Both the position numbers and the translations under genes were made by a program. From Clostridia bacterium (GTDB taxonomy: Bacteria; Bacillota; Clostridia; Christensenellales; Aristaeellaceae), in contig JAZRWA010000071.1 in the NCBI GenBank assembly GCA_045599485.1, positions 1-23,994 on the forward strand: a stretch of 23,994 bases of DNA, written 5' to 3'. The notes beneath the pieces are model-generated. The model made no database searches. It was not told the origin of the DNA and worked only from the letters and a program-made list of their open reading frames with translations. This document shows, in pieces, positions 10,578-22,284 of this stretch (its first letter is position 1; each line of letters begins with the position of its first letter).

Positions 10578-13500
10578 TAGACCCTCTTTACGCCGATGGT
10601 GGCGTTTTCTCCATTGATGTCGTGTTCTTTGATACTTTCGCAATTATCCGCAGCGGTGTAGAGAAGTTCATCTGCCAACACACCGGCCTTGATCATCGCG
10701 GAATGCTTGTCAAGCGCAGCCTTGAGCTTCTCGGAGCAGGAGGCGCAGATGACGATACGGTCAGTAACTTCAAAGCCGGCGTCTTTTCTCATCGTCTGAA
10801 CCTTGGAGATGAACTCGCGGGCGTAGCCTTCTTCAATCAGTTCATCCGTCAACTGGGTATCCAGTACCACCGTCAGCTTACCATCTACCTGAGACGTGAA
10901 ACCTTCTTTCTTGATGGCTTCCACCAGAACATCTTCTTTGCTGAGAACGATGGGGGTGTCGTCCATGACGAGCGTTACCGTTTCACCATTTTCGAAGGCA
11001 CGGACCACATCGGCACCGTTCAGCTTCTGCAGTTCTCCGCGCATGCGGCCGAGGAAGCGGCCATAACGGGACTTCAAGGTCATGAAGTTGGGCTTCAGGT
11101 CATAGTTGACAAACTGACCGGCATCGTTGATGAACATGACATTTTTGACATTCAGTTCGTCTTCAACAAGGGCCTTGTAGGCTTTACCGAAGTCAGCACC
11201 GGAGATGTACAGCGTCGTAAGGGGCTGACGAACCTTGAGGTTACTCAGGTTGCGGCAGGCGCGACCAAGCTGTACGACGGTTTCAACGGCAGCCATTTGT
11301 CTTTCGGCTTCGGAATCAATCAGGCTTTCATCACAGACAGGATAATCGCACAGATGCACGCTTTCGGGAGCATTGACATCCACGCTGCGAACGATGTTCT
11401 GATAGATGGACTCCGCCAGGAAGGGGGTGAAGGGAGCAATCAGCTTTGTTAGAGTGGAAAGGACGGTGTACAGCGTGACGAATGCTGCTTCCTTATCGCC
11501 TTCCATTCCCTTGCCCCAGAAACGCTCGCGGCCAAGACGCACATACCAGTTGGAAAGAACATCGACAAAATCACTCAGTTTGCGTGTAGCTTCGGTGATA
11601 CGATAAGCATCCAGATCTTCATCCACGCCGCGGATCAGGGTGTTGAGACGGCTCAGGATCCAGCGATCCATCAGGCTGAGCTGAACATTTTTCAAGTCAT
11701 GCTTGGTGGGATCAAACTGGTCGATTTCCGCATACATGGTGTAGAAGTAATAGGTATTCCACAGGGTACCCATGAACTTGCGCTGATATTCGGAAACATT
11801 CGCCTTGGAGAAGCGGCTGGGCAGCCAGGGCGCGGAAGCGGCATAGAAGTACCAACGAACCGCATCGGCACCCTGATCGTTCAGCACATCCCACGGATCC
11901 ACTACATTGCCGATGTGCTTGCTCATTTTACGGCCCTGCGCATCCTGAACATGACCAAGCACAAGACAATTTTTGAAAGGAGAGCATCCGAAGACCTGCG
12001 TGGAAATTGCAAGCAGGGTATAGAACCAACCGCGGGTCTGGTCGATAGCTTCGGAGATGAAATTGGCAGGGAAGTTCTGTTCGAACTTGTCTTTGTTTTC
12101 AAAAGGATAATGCCACTGAGCGAAAGGCATGGAACCGGAATCGTACCAGCAGTCGATGACTTCCTTGACACGGTGCATGGGTTTGCCGCAATGCGGGCAT
12201 TTGATGACGACATTATCGATATAAGGACGATGCAGTTCCGGCAGGTCGACATCACCGATGACCATATCAAAGAGTTCCTGTTTACTGCCGATCACGTGCA
12301 TATGCCCGTCTTCACACAGCCAGATAGGCAGGGGAGTACCCCAATAACGTTCACGGGACAGACCCCAGTCAACCACGTTTTCCAGGAAGTTGCCCATGCG
12401 GCCTTCTTTGATGTTTTCGGGCATCCAGTTGACAGACCGGTTGTTGGCAACCAACTGATCGCGCACAGCGGTCATACGGATGAACCAGGTAGGTCTGGCA
12501 TAGTAGAGCAGGGGAGTGTCGCAGCGCCAGCAGAAAGGATAATCGTGTTCGTAGAGCGCTTTCTTAAGAAGCAGACCACGCTCCTTCAGTTCCTGCATGA
12601 TGGGCTCATCGCACTGCTTGACAAAGATGCCGGCCCACTTGGTATCGGCGGTCATTTTGCCCTGTGCATCGACCAGCTGAACGAAGGGCAGGTTGTTTTC
12701 ACGGCCAACGCGGGCATCGTCCTCACCGAAAGCCGGGGCAATATGAACAACGCCGGTACCGTCGGTCAGGGTAACATAATCGTCAGAGACGACATACCAA
12801 GCTTTTTCCTTGGGAGGATTCTGCATCGGGAAGAGGGGCTCATATTCAGTGCCGACCAAGTCGCTACCTTTGAATACAGAGGTAACCTCAATAGAAGCCT
12901 GGTCATCCTTGCTGAAAACGGAGGGGATCAGGGCCTGAGCCATGATGTAAACCTCGTCACCGAAGTTAAACTGGCAATAATCCTCATGTGCATTGACGCA
13001 CAGAGCAACGTTGCTGGGCAGTGTCCAGGGGGTCGTTGTCCAAGCCAGAATATACTTGTTGCTTTCGCCCTTGACACGGAACTTGGCAAAGGCAGAGAAT
13101 TCCTTTACGGCTTTATAACCCTGCGCGACTTCGTGGGAGGACAGGGCCGTTCCGCAGCGGGGGCAGTAGGGAACGATCTTGTGGCCCTTGTACAGCATGT
13201 TCTTCTCGGCCAGCTGTTTGAGGCTCCACCATTCAGACTCGATATAATTGTCATGATAGGTCACGTAGGGGTGTTCCATATCCACCCAGAAACCGACACG
13301 ATTAGACATGTCCTCCCACTGATGCAGGTACGTCCAAACACTTTCCTTGCACTGCTTGATAAAAGGCTCGATACCGTAGGATTCAATCTGCGGTTTGCCA
13401 TCCAGACCGAGCTTCTTTTCCACTTCCAGTTCGACGGGCAGGCCATGTGTGTCCCAACCGGCAATGCGCAGTACGCTCTTGCCTTTCATGGTCTGATAGC

Positions 13501-13708
13501 GGGGAATCAGGTCTTTGATGGCACGGGTCAGGACGTGACCGATGTGGGGCTTGCCGTTGGCAGTAGGCGGACCATCAAAAAAGGTAAAATGATCGCATCC
13601 CTCGCGAAGACGGAAGCTCTTCTTCACGATGTCGTTCTCTTTCCAGAATTTCAGGACTTCGTTTTCACGTTCCACGAAATTCATGTCGGTTGTAATCTTT
13701 TTGTACAT
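10577..13708 (-). CDS. ileS: Isoleucine--tRNA ligase (long, ~1043 aa form)
   Basis: ATG 13708 follows AAAGGAG. MYKKITTDMNFVERENEVLKFWKENDI..., the HIGH region PPTANGKPHIGHV and the KMSKH loop are present. Uninterrupted. Stop is TAA. Confidence 0.96.
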   Translation of the reverse strand: MYKKITTDMNFVERENEVLKFWKENDIVKKSFRLREGCDHFTFFDGPPTANGKPHIGHVLTRAIKDLIPRYQTMKGKSVLRIAGWDTHGLPVELEVEKKLGLDGKPQIESYGIEPFIKQCKESVWTYLHQWEDMSNRVGFWVDMEHPYVTYHDNYIESEWWSLKQLAEKNMLYKGHKIVPYCPRCGTALSSHEVAQGYKAVKEFSAFAKFRVKGESNKYILAWTTTPWTLPSNVALCVNAHEDYCQFNFGDEVYIMAQALIPSVFSKDDQASIEVTSVFKGSDLVGTEYEPLFPMQNPPKEKAWYVVSDDYVTLTDGTGVVHIAPAFGEDDARVGRENNLPFVQLVDAQGKMTADTKWAGIFVKQCDEPIMQELKERGLLLKKALYEHDYPFCWRCDTPLLYYARPTWFIRMTAVRDQLVANNRSVNWMPENIKEGRMGNFLENVVDWGLSRERYWGTPLPIWLCEDGHMHVIGSKQELFDMVIGDVDLPELHRPYIDNVVIKCPHCGKPMHRVKEVIDCWYDSGSMPFAQWHYPFENKDKFEQNFPANFISEAIDQTRGWFYTLLAISTQVFGCSPFKNCLVLGHVQDAQGRKMSKHIGNVVDPWDVLNDQGADAVRWYFYAASAPWLPSRFSKANVSEYQRKFMGTLWNTYYFYTMYAEIDQFDPTKHDLKNVQLSLMDRWILSRLNTLIRGVDEDLDAYRITEATRKLSDFVDVLSNWYVRLGRERFWGKGMEGDKEAAFVTLYTVLSTLTKLIAPFTPFLAESIYQNIVRSVDVNAPESVHLCDYPVCDESLIDSEAERQMAAVETVVQLGRACRNLSNLKVRQPLTTLYISGADFGKAYKALVEDELNVKNVMFINDAGQFVNYDLKPNFMTLKSRYGRFLGRMRGELQKLNGADVVRAFENGETVTLVMDDTPIVLSKEDVLVEAIKKEGFTSQVDGKLTVVLDTQLTDELIEEGYAREFISKVQTMRKDAGFEVTDRIVICASCSEKLKAALDKHSAMIKAGVLADELLYTAADNCESIKEHDINGENATIGVKRV

Positions 13709-13940
13709 GTATTTGCTCCTTTCGGAATCTTTGCATAAGGAAAGCCTGTCCTCCCCATGGGACGGACAGGCCGCGGTACCACCCAAATTGACGCAAAAAA
13801 GCATCCTCTTTTAGCCGGATAACGGCGGCTGCCGTGAAATGAATCAACGCTCCGGGATGATCTGGTGCAGGCTTTGCTGCCGGTTTTCAGCTGCTCCGGC
13901 TCTCTGAAAGCATCCACAGGCACCCGTTCCCATCATTGCA
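13709..13940 (-). promoter_or_regulatory. T-box riboswitch leader (Ile specifier) with a terminator/antiterminator upstream of ileS
   Basis: On the minus strand: the AGAGAG stem I motif, a candidate specifier AUC followed by A (..CACCAGAUCAUCC..), the T-box sequence AAUUUGGGUGGUACCGCGG (13789..13771), then the terminator hairpin CCUGUCC-N12-GGACAGG (13770..13745). Confidence 0.8.
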
Positions 13941-13946
13941 ATTAGC

Positions 13947-13975
13947 ATTATAGCAAAATTTCCGACGCTTGAAAA
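13947..13975 (-). promoter_or_regulatory. Candidate sigma-A promoter for the ileS T-box leader
   Basis: On the minus strand: TTTTCA (13975..13970), a 17-nt spacer, then TGcTATAAT (TATAAT at 13952..13947). Confidence 0.5.
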
Positions 13976-13996
13976 GCCCCTAAATGGCATAAACGC

Positions 13997-15205
13997 TTAA
14001 ATCAATACGTGAAAGGCACCGTAAACATTGAATGCAAAACCGGCAATGAGAATCATCGCTTCCGGCAAAAACATTTTTCTTTTACGTCCCGGCAGGGCCA
14101 GATAAATGAGAGGATAAATCAGCAAGTCGCAGGTGTAACGTGCTCCGAACTGATAACCTCCAAAGGTTCTGTGAAGCAGCAGAAGGAAGAAATGTAAAAG
14201 AAACAATGCAATTGTGAGTCCTTTTACGAAGTCGAGACGTTTTTTGAACAAGTCGGAGACGAACCAGAACAGCATCAGCAACAGAACCGGATTTACAAAT
14301 ACAAACGAGAAGCCGAAGGCATTCATAGAGCCGGTCGGATTGAAAGGCAAGGTGAAGATAAAGGTTTGGACGTTCTTTGCCACATGACTGAGCGAAAACT
14401 GAATGCCGCCCTGCGTGGAAAATTCTGGGAGATAATTATGGCCAAACTCAAAAATATTCCCGAAGCGGAGATAGTTATAGGCACCAAGCGCGACGGCCAC
14501 CATCAGACCAAGCAGCGTGCCCGGAATCAAGGCACGCAGGATATCCCGGATGCTTTTCTATTTTCGTGAGCGTGTAAAATATACAAGATACAAAAGCGGC
14601 CCATAGAGGGCATTGAAGGGGCGGCAGCCAACTGACAACGCGTACAGAAACAGACCGATCGTCGGACGATAACAAAATATGCAGGCTGCGGCACACGCCG
14701 TCAGAGCATAGGCAAGCGTTTGAGCCTGGAACCATACGGCGCCGTTGGTGGTCAGAGTAAGCAGGCAGGTAGCAAAGCTGAGAAATAGGGCAAAACCTGC
14801 GCAGCTTGCTTTGTCATAACCGGATTTGCGCAGCATGTAGTAGCATCCGAGGCATCCCGACAAGACATAGAGTTTCACCAGCAGATGATCAGGCGTCTGG
14901 CTGCCGAAGAAGAATGTAAGCAGGTACAGGGGAATGCTTGGAACGGGGGGAAAGGAAACATACCAATCCCCCTGATAGACAGCCAGCTCCAACCATGGAT
15001 AATCCATCCCGAGGGAGAGCTTTCCGTTGCGCCAGGTCAGGGCTTGCAGGGTATAGGTGCTATAGCCGGAAGTACCCGTGGGGCTGATGTGCAGAAGCGT
15101 GCATAACAGCGCATAAAACACAGCGCAGCCCCATACCAACAGCAGCGGAGTATAATATGCCCGCTTCAGACGATGACGGATTTGCACTTTATTGTCTGTT
15201 TTCAT
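13997..15205 (-). CDS. Polytopic membrane protein, ArnT/PMT-like (GT-C fold) glycosyltransferase candidate, 402 codons including an in-frame TAG at 14558..14560
   Basis: Track ORFs 14558..15205 and 13997..14530 are in the same frame. The junction reads ...LLYLVYFTRSRK-TAG-KSIRDILRALIPGTLLGLMVAVALGAYNYLRFGN.... About 10 or more hydrophobic helices. The ATG overlaps the end of era by 17 nt. Stop is TAA. The functional call is weak. Confidence 0.65.
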
Positions 15206-16088
15206 AACCGAGTGTTTTCAAATCGGCGGCAGAATTTCGCCAGTTCGGACGGACCTTGACCCACAGCTGCAGGTTGACATGCATTCCAAGAAGGTTTTCG
15301 ATATCCTGACGGGCTTCCTTGCCGATCAAAGCCATCATGGCTCCTTTTTTTCCGATGATGATGGATTTGTGCGAATCCTTTTCGCAGTAAATATCGGCAT
15401 GGATCTCGATCAGTTTGTCACTCTTCTTTTCCATACCGAGAATTTCGATGCCGATGCCGTGCGGCACTTCATCACGAAGGTGCAGAAGTGCCTTCTCACG
15501 AATCAGCTCGGCGCAAATAATTCGTTCAGGCTGATCGGTCAGCATATCATCGGGGAAGTACTTGGGTCCGGGCTTTAGATGACTCAACAGTTCGGATTTT
15601 AATTCTTCCAGACCATCGCCGGTCCTTGCGCTGATGGGCAGCACAGCGGTGAAGTTCATATCCTTGAAACGCGCTATGCATTGAAGCAGACGCTGCGGCT
15701 CAATCAGATCGATTTTATTGAGAACCAGGATCGCGGGCACTTTTTTGTGGGACATTTCTTCGGCAATCGACAGGTCCTGCGGTCCAATGGCGGTAACATC
15801 GGCCAGTACCATCAGGGCATCGATGCCATCCATGCCTTCCTGGACTGCTTTCATCATGAAAGTGCCGAGCTGGGTGCGCGGTGTGTGGATACCGGGGGTA
15901 TCGACAAAAATCATCTGATAATCATCGCCGCCGCAGATGGCCATCAGTTTATTTCGTGTGGTCTGCGGCTTGGCGGATACAATGGCGACTTTTTCACCGA
16001 TCAGGGCATTCAAAAGGGTGGATTTACCAACGTTCGGGCGTCCCACGATTGCAATGAATCCGGAACGGAAAGGGCGGTTTTCAGACAT
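15189..16088 (-). CDS. era: GTPase Era
   Basis: 299 aa. G1 GRPNVGKST, DTPG, NKID and a C-terminal KH domain are present. Uninterrupted. Stop is TAA. Confidence 0.96.
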   Translation of the reverse strand: MSENRPFRSGFIAIVGRPNVGKSTLLNALIGEKVAIVSAKPQTTRNKLMAICGGDDYQMIFVDTPGIHTPRTQLGTFMMKAVQEGMDGIDALMVLADVTAIGPQDLSIAEEMSHKKVPAILVLNKIDLIEPQRLLQCIARFKDMNFTAVLPISARTGDGLEELKSELLSHLKPGPKYFPDDMLTDQPERIICAELIREKALLHLRDEVPHGIGIEILGMEKKSDKLIEIHADIYCEKDSHKSIIIGKKGAMMALIGKEARQDIENLLGMHVNLQLWVKVRPNWRNSAADLKTLGYENRQ

Positions 16089-16091
16089 AGT

Positions 16092-19427
<3,336 letters not shown>

Positions 19428-19431
<4 letters not shown>

Positions 19432-20381
19432 TGCTTTTGGGTCCTTTCGAAATTCTCGTATGCTTTGACGATGCGCTGTACCAGCTCGTGTCTTACTACA
19501 TCTTCAGAGCGCAGCATGGCAATAGCGACACCCGAAACATTTTTTAATACCTGCAATGCTTCCCCGAGACCACTGCGTTTGTCCCGCGGCAGGTCGGTTT
19601 GTGAGATGTCACCGGCAACAACGCATTTTGCCCCTGCGCCGAGACGTGTCAGGAACATTTTCATCTGTTCACAGGTGGTGTTTTGTGCTTCGTCAAGAAT
19701 AATGAAAGCGTTGTTCAGCGTTCGGCCGCGCATAAATGCAAGAGGAGCAACTTCGATGGCGCCACGTTCCTGCAGACGCTGGTATGCATCCGTCCCCAGC
19801 ATGTCATAAAGAGCATCATAGAGCGGTCTGAGGTATGGGTCAATCTTCTGCGTCATATCACCGGGCAGAAAACCAAGCTTTTCTCCGGCTTCCACAGCCG
19901 GCCGTGTAAGGATAATGCGCTCGACTTCTTTTGATTTCAGTGCCCGTACAGCAAGCGCCATGGCCAGGTAGGTTTTGCCGGTTCCCGCCGGTCCCGCCGC
20001 GATGGTCAGTTCGTGATTGCGGATTGCTTCCACATACTGCCGCTGTCCGTTGGTTTTGCAGCGAATCGGCTTGCCGCGATGGTTGTAGGCAACGATATCG
20101 GCGGAAATAAGCTCATCGGTTACTTCGGTTCCCTCTTTGATCATAGAAGCAAGGTAACGGACGCGAATGGGGTCAATACTTTCTCCGCTGCGCAGCATCT
20201 TCAGCAGCTGCATGATGACGTTCTCAGCTCGCGAAACGTTTTCGCTTGCTCCGGTAATACGCAGCTACTGACCGCGCAGCACAGCAGTGACTTCAAGCTC
20301 TTCTTCAAGCGTAGAAATATTGCAGTCGTTCATGCCAAACAGCAAACGATAGTACTCTGTGTTTTCCAATGATAACAGCAA
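19428..20381 (-). CDS. phoH: PhoH-family ATPase, 317 codons including an in-frame TAG at 20265..20267
   Basis: The track ORF (261 aa) lacks the N-terminal domain. The same frame upstream gives TTG(20381..20379)-LLSLENTEYYRLLFGMNDCNISTLEEELEVTAVLRGQ-TAG-LRITGASENVSRAENVIMQLLKML... after the RBS AGGGAGA. Walker A is GPAGTGKT. Stop is TGA. Confidence 0.85.
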
Positions 20382-20414
20382 AGCAGAATTCTCCCTTTGA
20401 CACAACAAAGTTGC

Positions 20415-20431
20415 GGTGTGTATAACACACC
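20415..20431. repeat. Perfect 7+3+7 inverted repeat GGTGTGT-ATA-ACACACC just downstream of the phoH -10 element
   Basis: Read directly from the sequence. It lies between the candidate -10 (20443..20438) and the phoH RBS. Confidence 0.6.
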
Positions 20432-20437
20432 ATGTTT

Positions 20438-20465
20438 ATCATACTATATTCTGGCATTTTGTCAA
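20438..20465 (-). promoter_or_regulatory. Candidate sigma-A promoter for the phoH-pgpH-ybeY/cdd-era operon
   Basis: On the minus strand: TTGACA (20465..20460), a 16-nt spacer, then TATGAT (20443..20438). Confidence 0.45.
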
Positions 20466-20485
20466 TCGTTATTGCCGGAAACGCA

Positions 20486-20520
20486 TAATAAAAAAGCCTT
20501 CCCATGAAGGAAAGGCTTTT
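20486..20520 (-). terminator. Rho-independent terminator after the HPr-like gene
   Basis: The minus strand reads AAAAGCCTTTCC-TTCAT-GGGAAGGCTTTTTTATTA: a GC-containing stem followed by a T run, immediately 3' of the TAA at 20529..20527. Confidence 0.75.
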
Positions 20521-20526
20521 GATGCA

Positions 20527-20754
20527 TTAGATTTTGAACTGGGTGATGTCGTTTTCCAGATCGGGGCAGTCATCGGTATAGACTTCCAGAGCGATCGGAC
20601 GGCTCAGGTCGAGGGAGAAGATACCGAGGATGGATTTGGCGTCAACCACGTGGCGGCCGGCACGCAGGTCCATGTCGTAATCATAACGGTTGACGATGTT
20701 GACAAAAGTCTTCACTTCTTCGGCGAAGCTGAGCTTGATCGGAATCGATTTCAT
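20527..20754 (-). CDS. HPr-family phosphocarrier-like small protein
   Basis: I chose the start at ATG 20754 (MKSIPIKLSFAEE...), 9 nt after AGGAGG. The track start 20763 abuts the RBS. The ...VVDAKSILGIFSLDLSRPIALEV... region resembles the HPr Ser46 region. Stop is TAA. Confidence 0.7.
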   Translation of the reverse strand: MKSIPIKLSFAEEVKTFVNIVNRYDYDMDLRAGRHVVDAKSILGIFSLDLSRPIALEVYTDDCPDLENDITQFKI

Positions 20755-20790
20755 CGAAAGCATCCTCCTGATTTGATTTTGAATAATATG

Positions 20791-20818
20791 ATTATACCTG
20801 ATTCGGTATAAAAATCAA
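20791..20818 (-). promoter_or_regulatory. Candidate promoter for the HPr-like gene
   Basis: On the minus strand: TTGATT (20818..20813, overlapping the gltX stop), a 16-nt spacer, then TATAAT (20796..20791). Confidence 0.4.
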
Positions 20819-22275
20819 GTATTGCCGAGAAGTTTTTCAATGCCGTTTTCGACGCGGCGCAGCGTTTCGTCCTTCCCGAGCAAATAAGCAATTTCAAACG
20901 CACCGCCGGGGGTGGAGAGAAGGCCGCTGATGGCAATTCTCAAAGGCCACAATACAGCACCGTTCTTTTTGCCGGACACCGCAATGGCTTCCATCACGGT
21001 ATCATGAATGACGGCTTCGTTCCAATCACCAATTGATTCCAGGATGGGTCTGATCTGCTGAAGCGCATCCAACGACACTGCGGGGTCGGTCTTCATTTTC
21101 TTATTGGTGTATAGTGCGATGTCATATTCAGGCAGGTCAGCCAGGAAAGCGACCATTTCCGGGACGCGGTTGAATACTTCGGTGCGTCCTTGCATCAGTT
21201 CCGCCAGACGTTTGTAATCAATTCCGCGTCCAGCCAGCGCACGGTCGAACCACGGAGTAACTATCGCAAGATACTCTTCAAAGGGCATTTTGCGGATGTA
21301 CTCTGTGTTGAACCAGGTCAGCTTATCCATGTCAAAAATGCCCGGGGCGTTGTTCAGACGATTGATATCGAACGCCTCAACAAGCTCTTCCATCGTGAAG
21401 AACTCTCTGTCATCACCGGGATTCCAGCCTACAAGGGCCAGATAATTGATCAAGGCTTCCTTCAGATAGCCCTTGGAAACAAAGTCACTGTAATAAGCGT
21501 CGCCGTCACGCTTGGAAAGCTTGTGGTGGGCGTCACGCATAACGGTAGTGAGATGGACATACTGAGGAATCTCCCAGCCGAAAGCATTATAGAGAAAATT
21601 ATACTTCGGAGTAGAGGAAAGGTATTCCATACCGCGCATGACATGGGTAATGCCCATCAGGTGATCATCAACGACGTTGGCGAAGTTGTAGGTAGGCATA
21701 CCATCCTGCTTGATGAGGATCATGTCGTCCATGGCTTCGTTGTTCGGGAATGTCAGATGACCGAACACAGCGTCATCGTAAGTGGACTCTCCGGTCGTGG
21801 GGGCGTTCATACGAATCACATAGGGAACACCTGCATCCAGCTTCTGCTGGATTTCTTCCTTTGTCAAGCTCAGACAATGCTTGTCATATTTAAAGACCTC
21901 ACCGCGGCTTTCGGCAGCGCTTCTGCGCTCATCCAATTCTTCTTTCGTACAGAAGCAATAGTAGGCAGCGCCTTTTTCAACAAGCTGCTTGGCATAGGGC
22001 AGATACAGGTCTTTGCGGTCGGATTGAATGTACGGACCGCAGGGGCCGCCGATATCGGGACCTTCATCCCACTGCATCCCGCACTCGCGAAGCGTATTGA
22101 AAATCACCTCGGTGGCACCTTCAACAAAACGCTCCTGATCGGTATCTTCGATGCGGAGAATGAATTTGCCGTTATTCTTTTTGGCGTAGAGATAATTGTA
22201 AAGTGCCGTTCTGACACCACCCATATGCATAAAGCCGGTGGGGGAAGGTGCGAAACGGGTTCTAACTTCTTTCAT
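20815..22275 (-). CDS. gltX: Glutamate--tRNA ligase
   Basis: 486 aa. MKEVRTRFAPSPTGFMHMGGVRTALYNYL (HIGH-type region) and the KLSKRDG (KMSKS) loop are present. RBS is AAGGAG. Uninterrupted. Stop is TGA. Confidence 0.95.
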   Translation of the reverse strand: MKEVRTRFAPSPTGFMHMGGVRTALYNYLYAKKNNGKFILRIEDTDQERFVEGATEVIFNTLRECGMQWDEGPDIGGPCGPYIQSDRKDLYLPYAKQLVEKGAAYYCFCTKEELDERRSAAESRGEVFKYDKHCLSLTKEEIQQKLDAGVPYVIRMNAPTTGESTYDDAVFGHLTFPNNEAMDDMILIKQDGMPTYNFANVVDDHLMGITHVMRGMEYLSSTPKYNFLYNAFGWEIPQYVHLTTVMRDAHHKLSKRDGDAYYSDFVSKGYLKEALINYLALVGWNPGDDREFFTMEELVEAFDINRLNNAPGIFDMDKLTWFNTEYIRKMPFEEYLAIVTPWFDRALAGRGIDYKRLAELMQGRTEVFNRVPEMVAFLADLPEYDIALYTNKKMKTDPAVSLDALQQIRPILESIGDWNEAVIHDTVMEAIAVSGKKNGAVLWPLRIAISGLLSTPGGAFEIAYLLGKDETLRRVENGIEKLLGNT

Positions 22276-22284
22276 AAAAACTCC

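Noticed and set aside
11699-13738. Very long plus-strand ORFs antisense to ileS (679 aa). Similar ORFs lie at 21190..22875 (561 aa, antisense to gltX and glnS), 118..714, 2473..3183, 4022..4600, 8873..9727, 9729..10517, 10622..11452, 15681..16496 and 17626..18168.
   Set aside because: They are shadow ORFs on the strand opposite clearly identifiable conserved genes. Their sequences are low-complexity and Gly/Arg/His/Asp-rich, with no RBS and no recognisable motifs.
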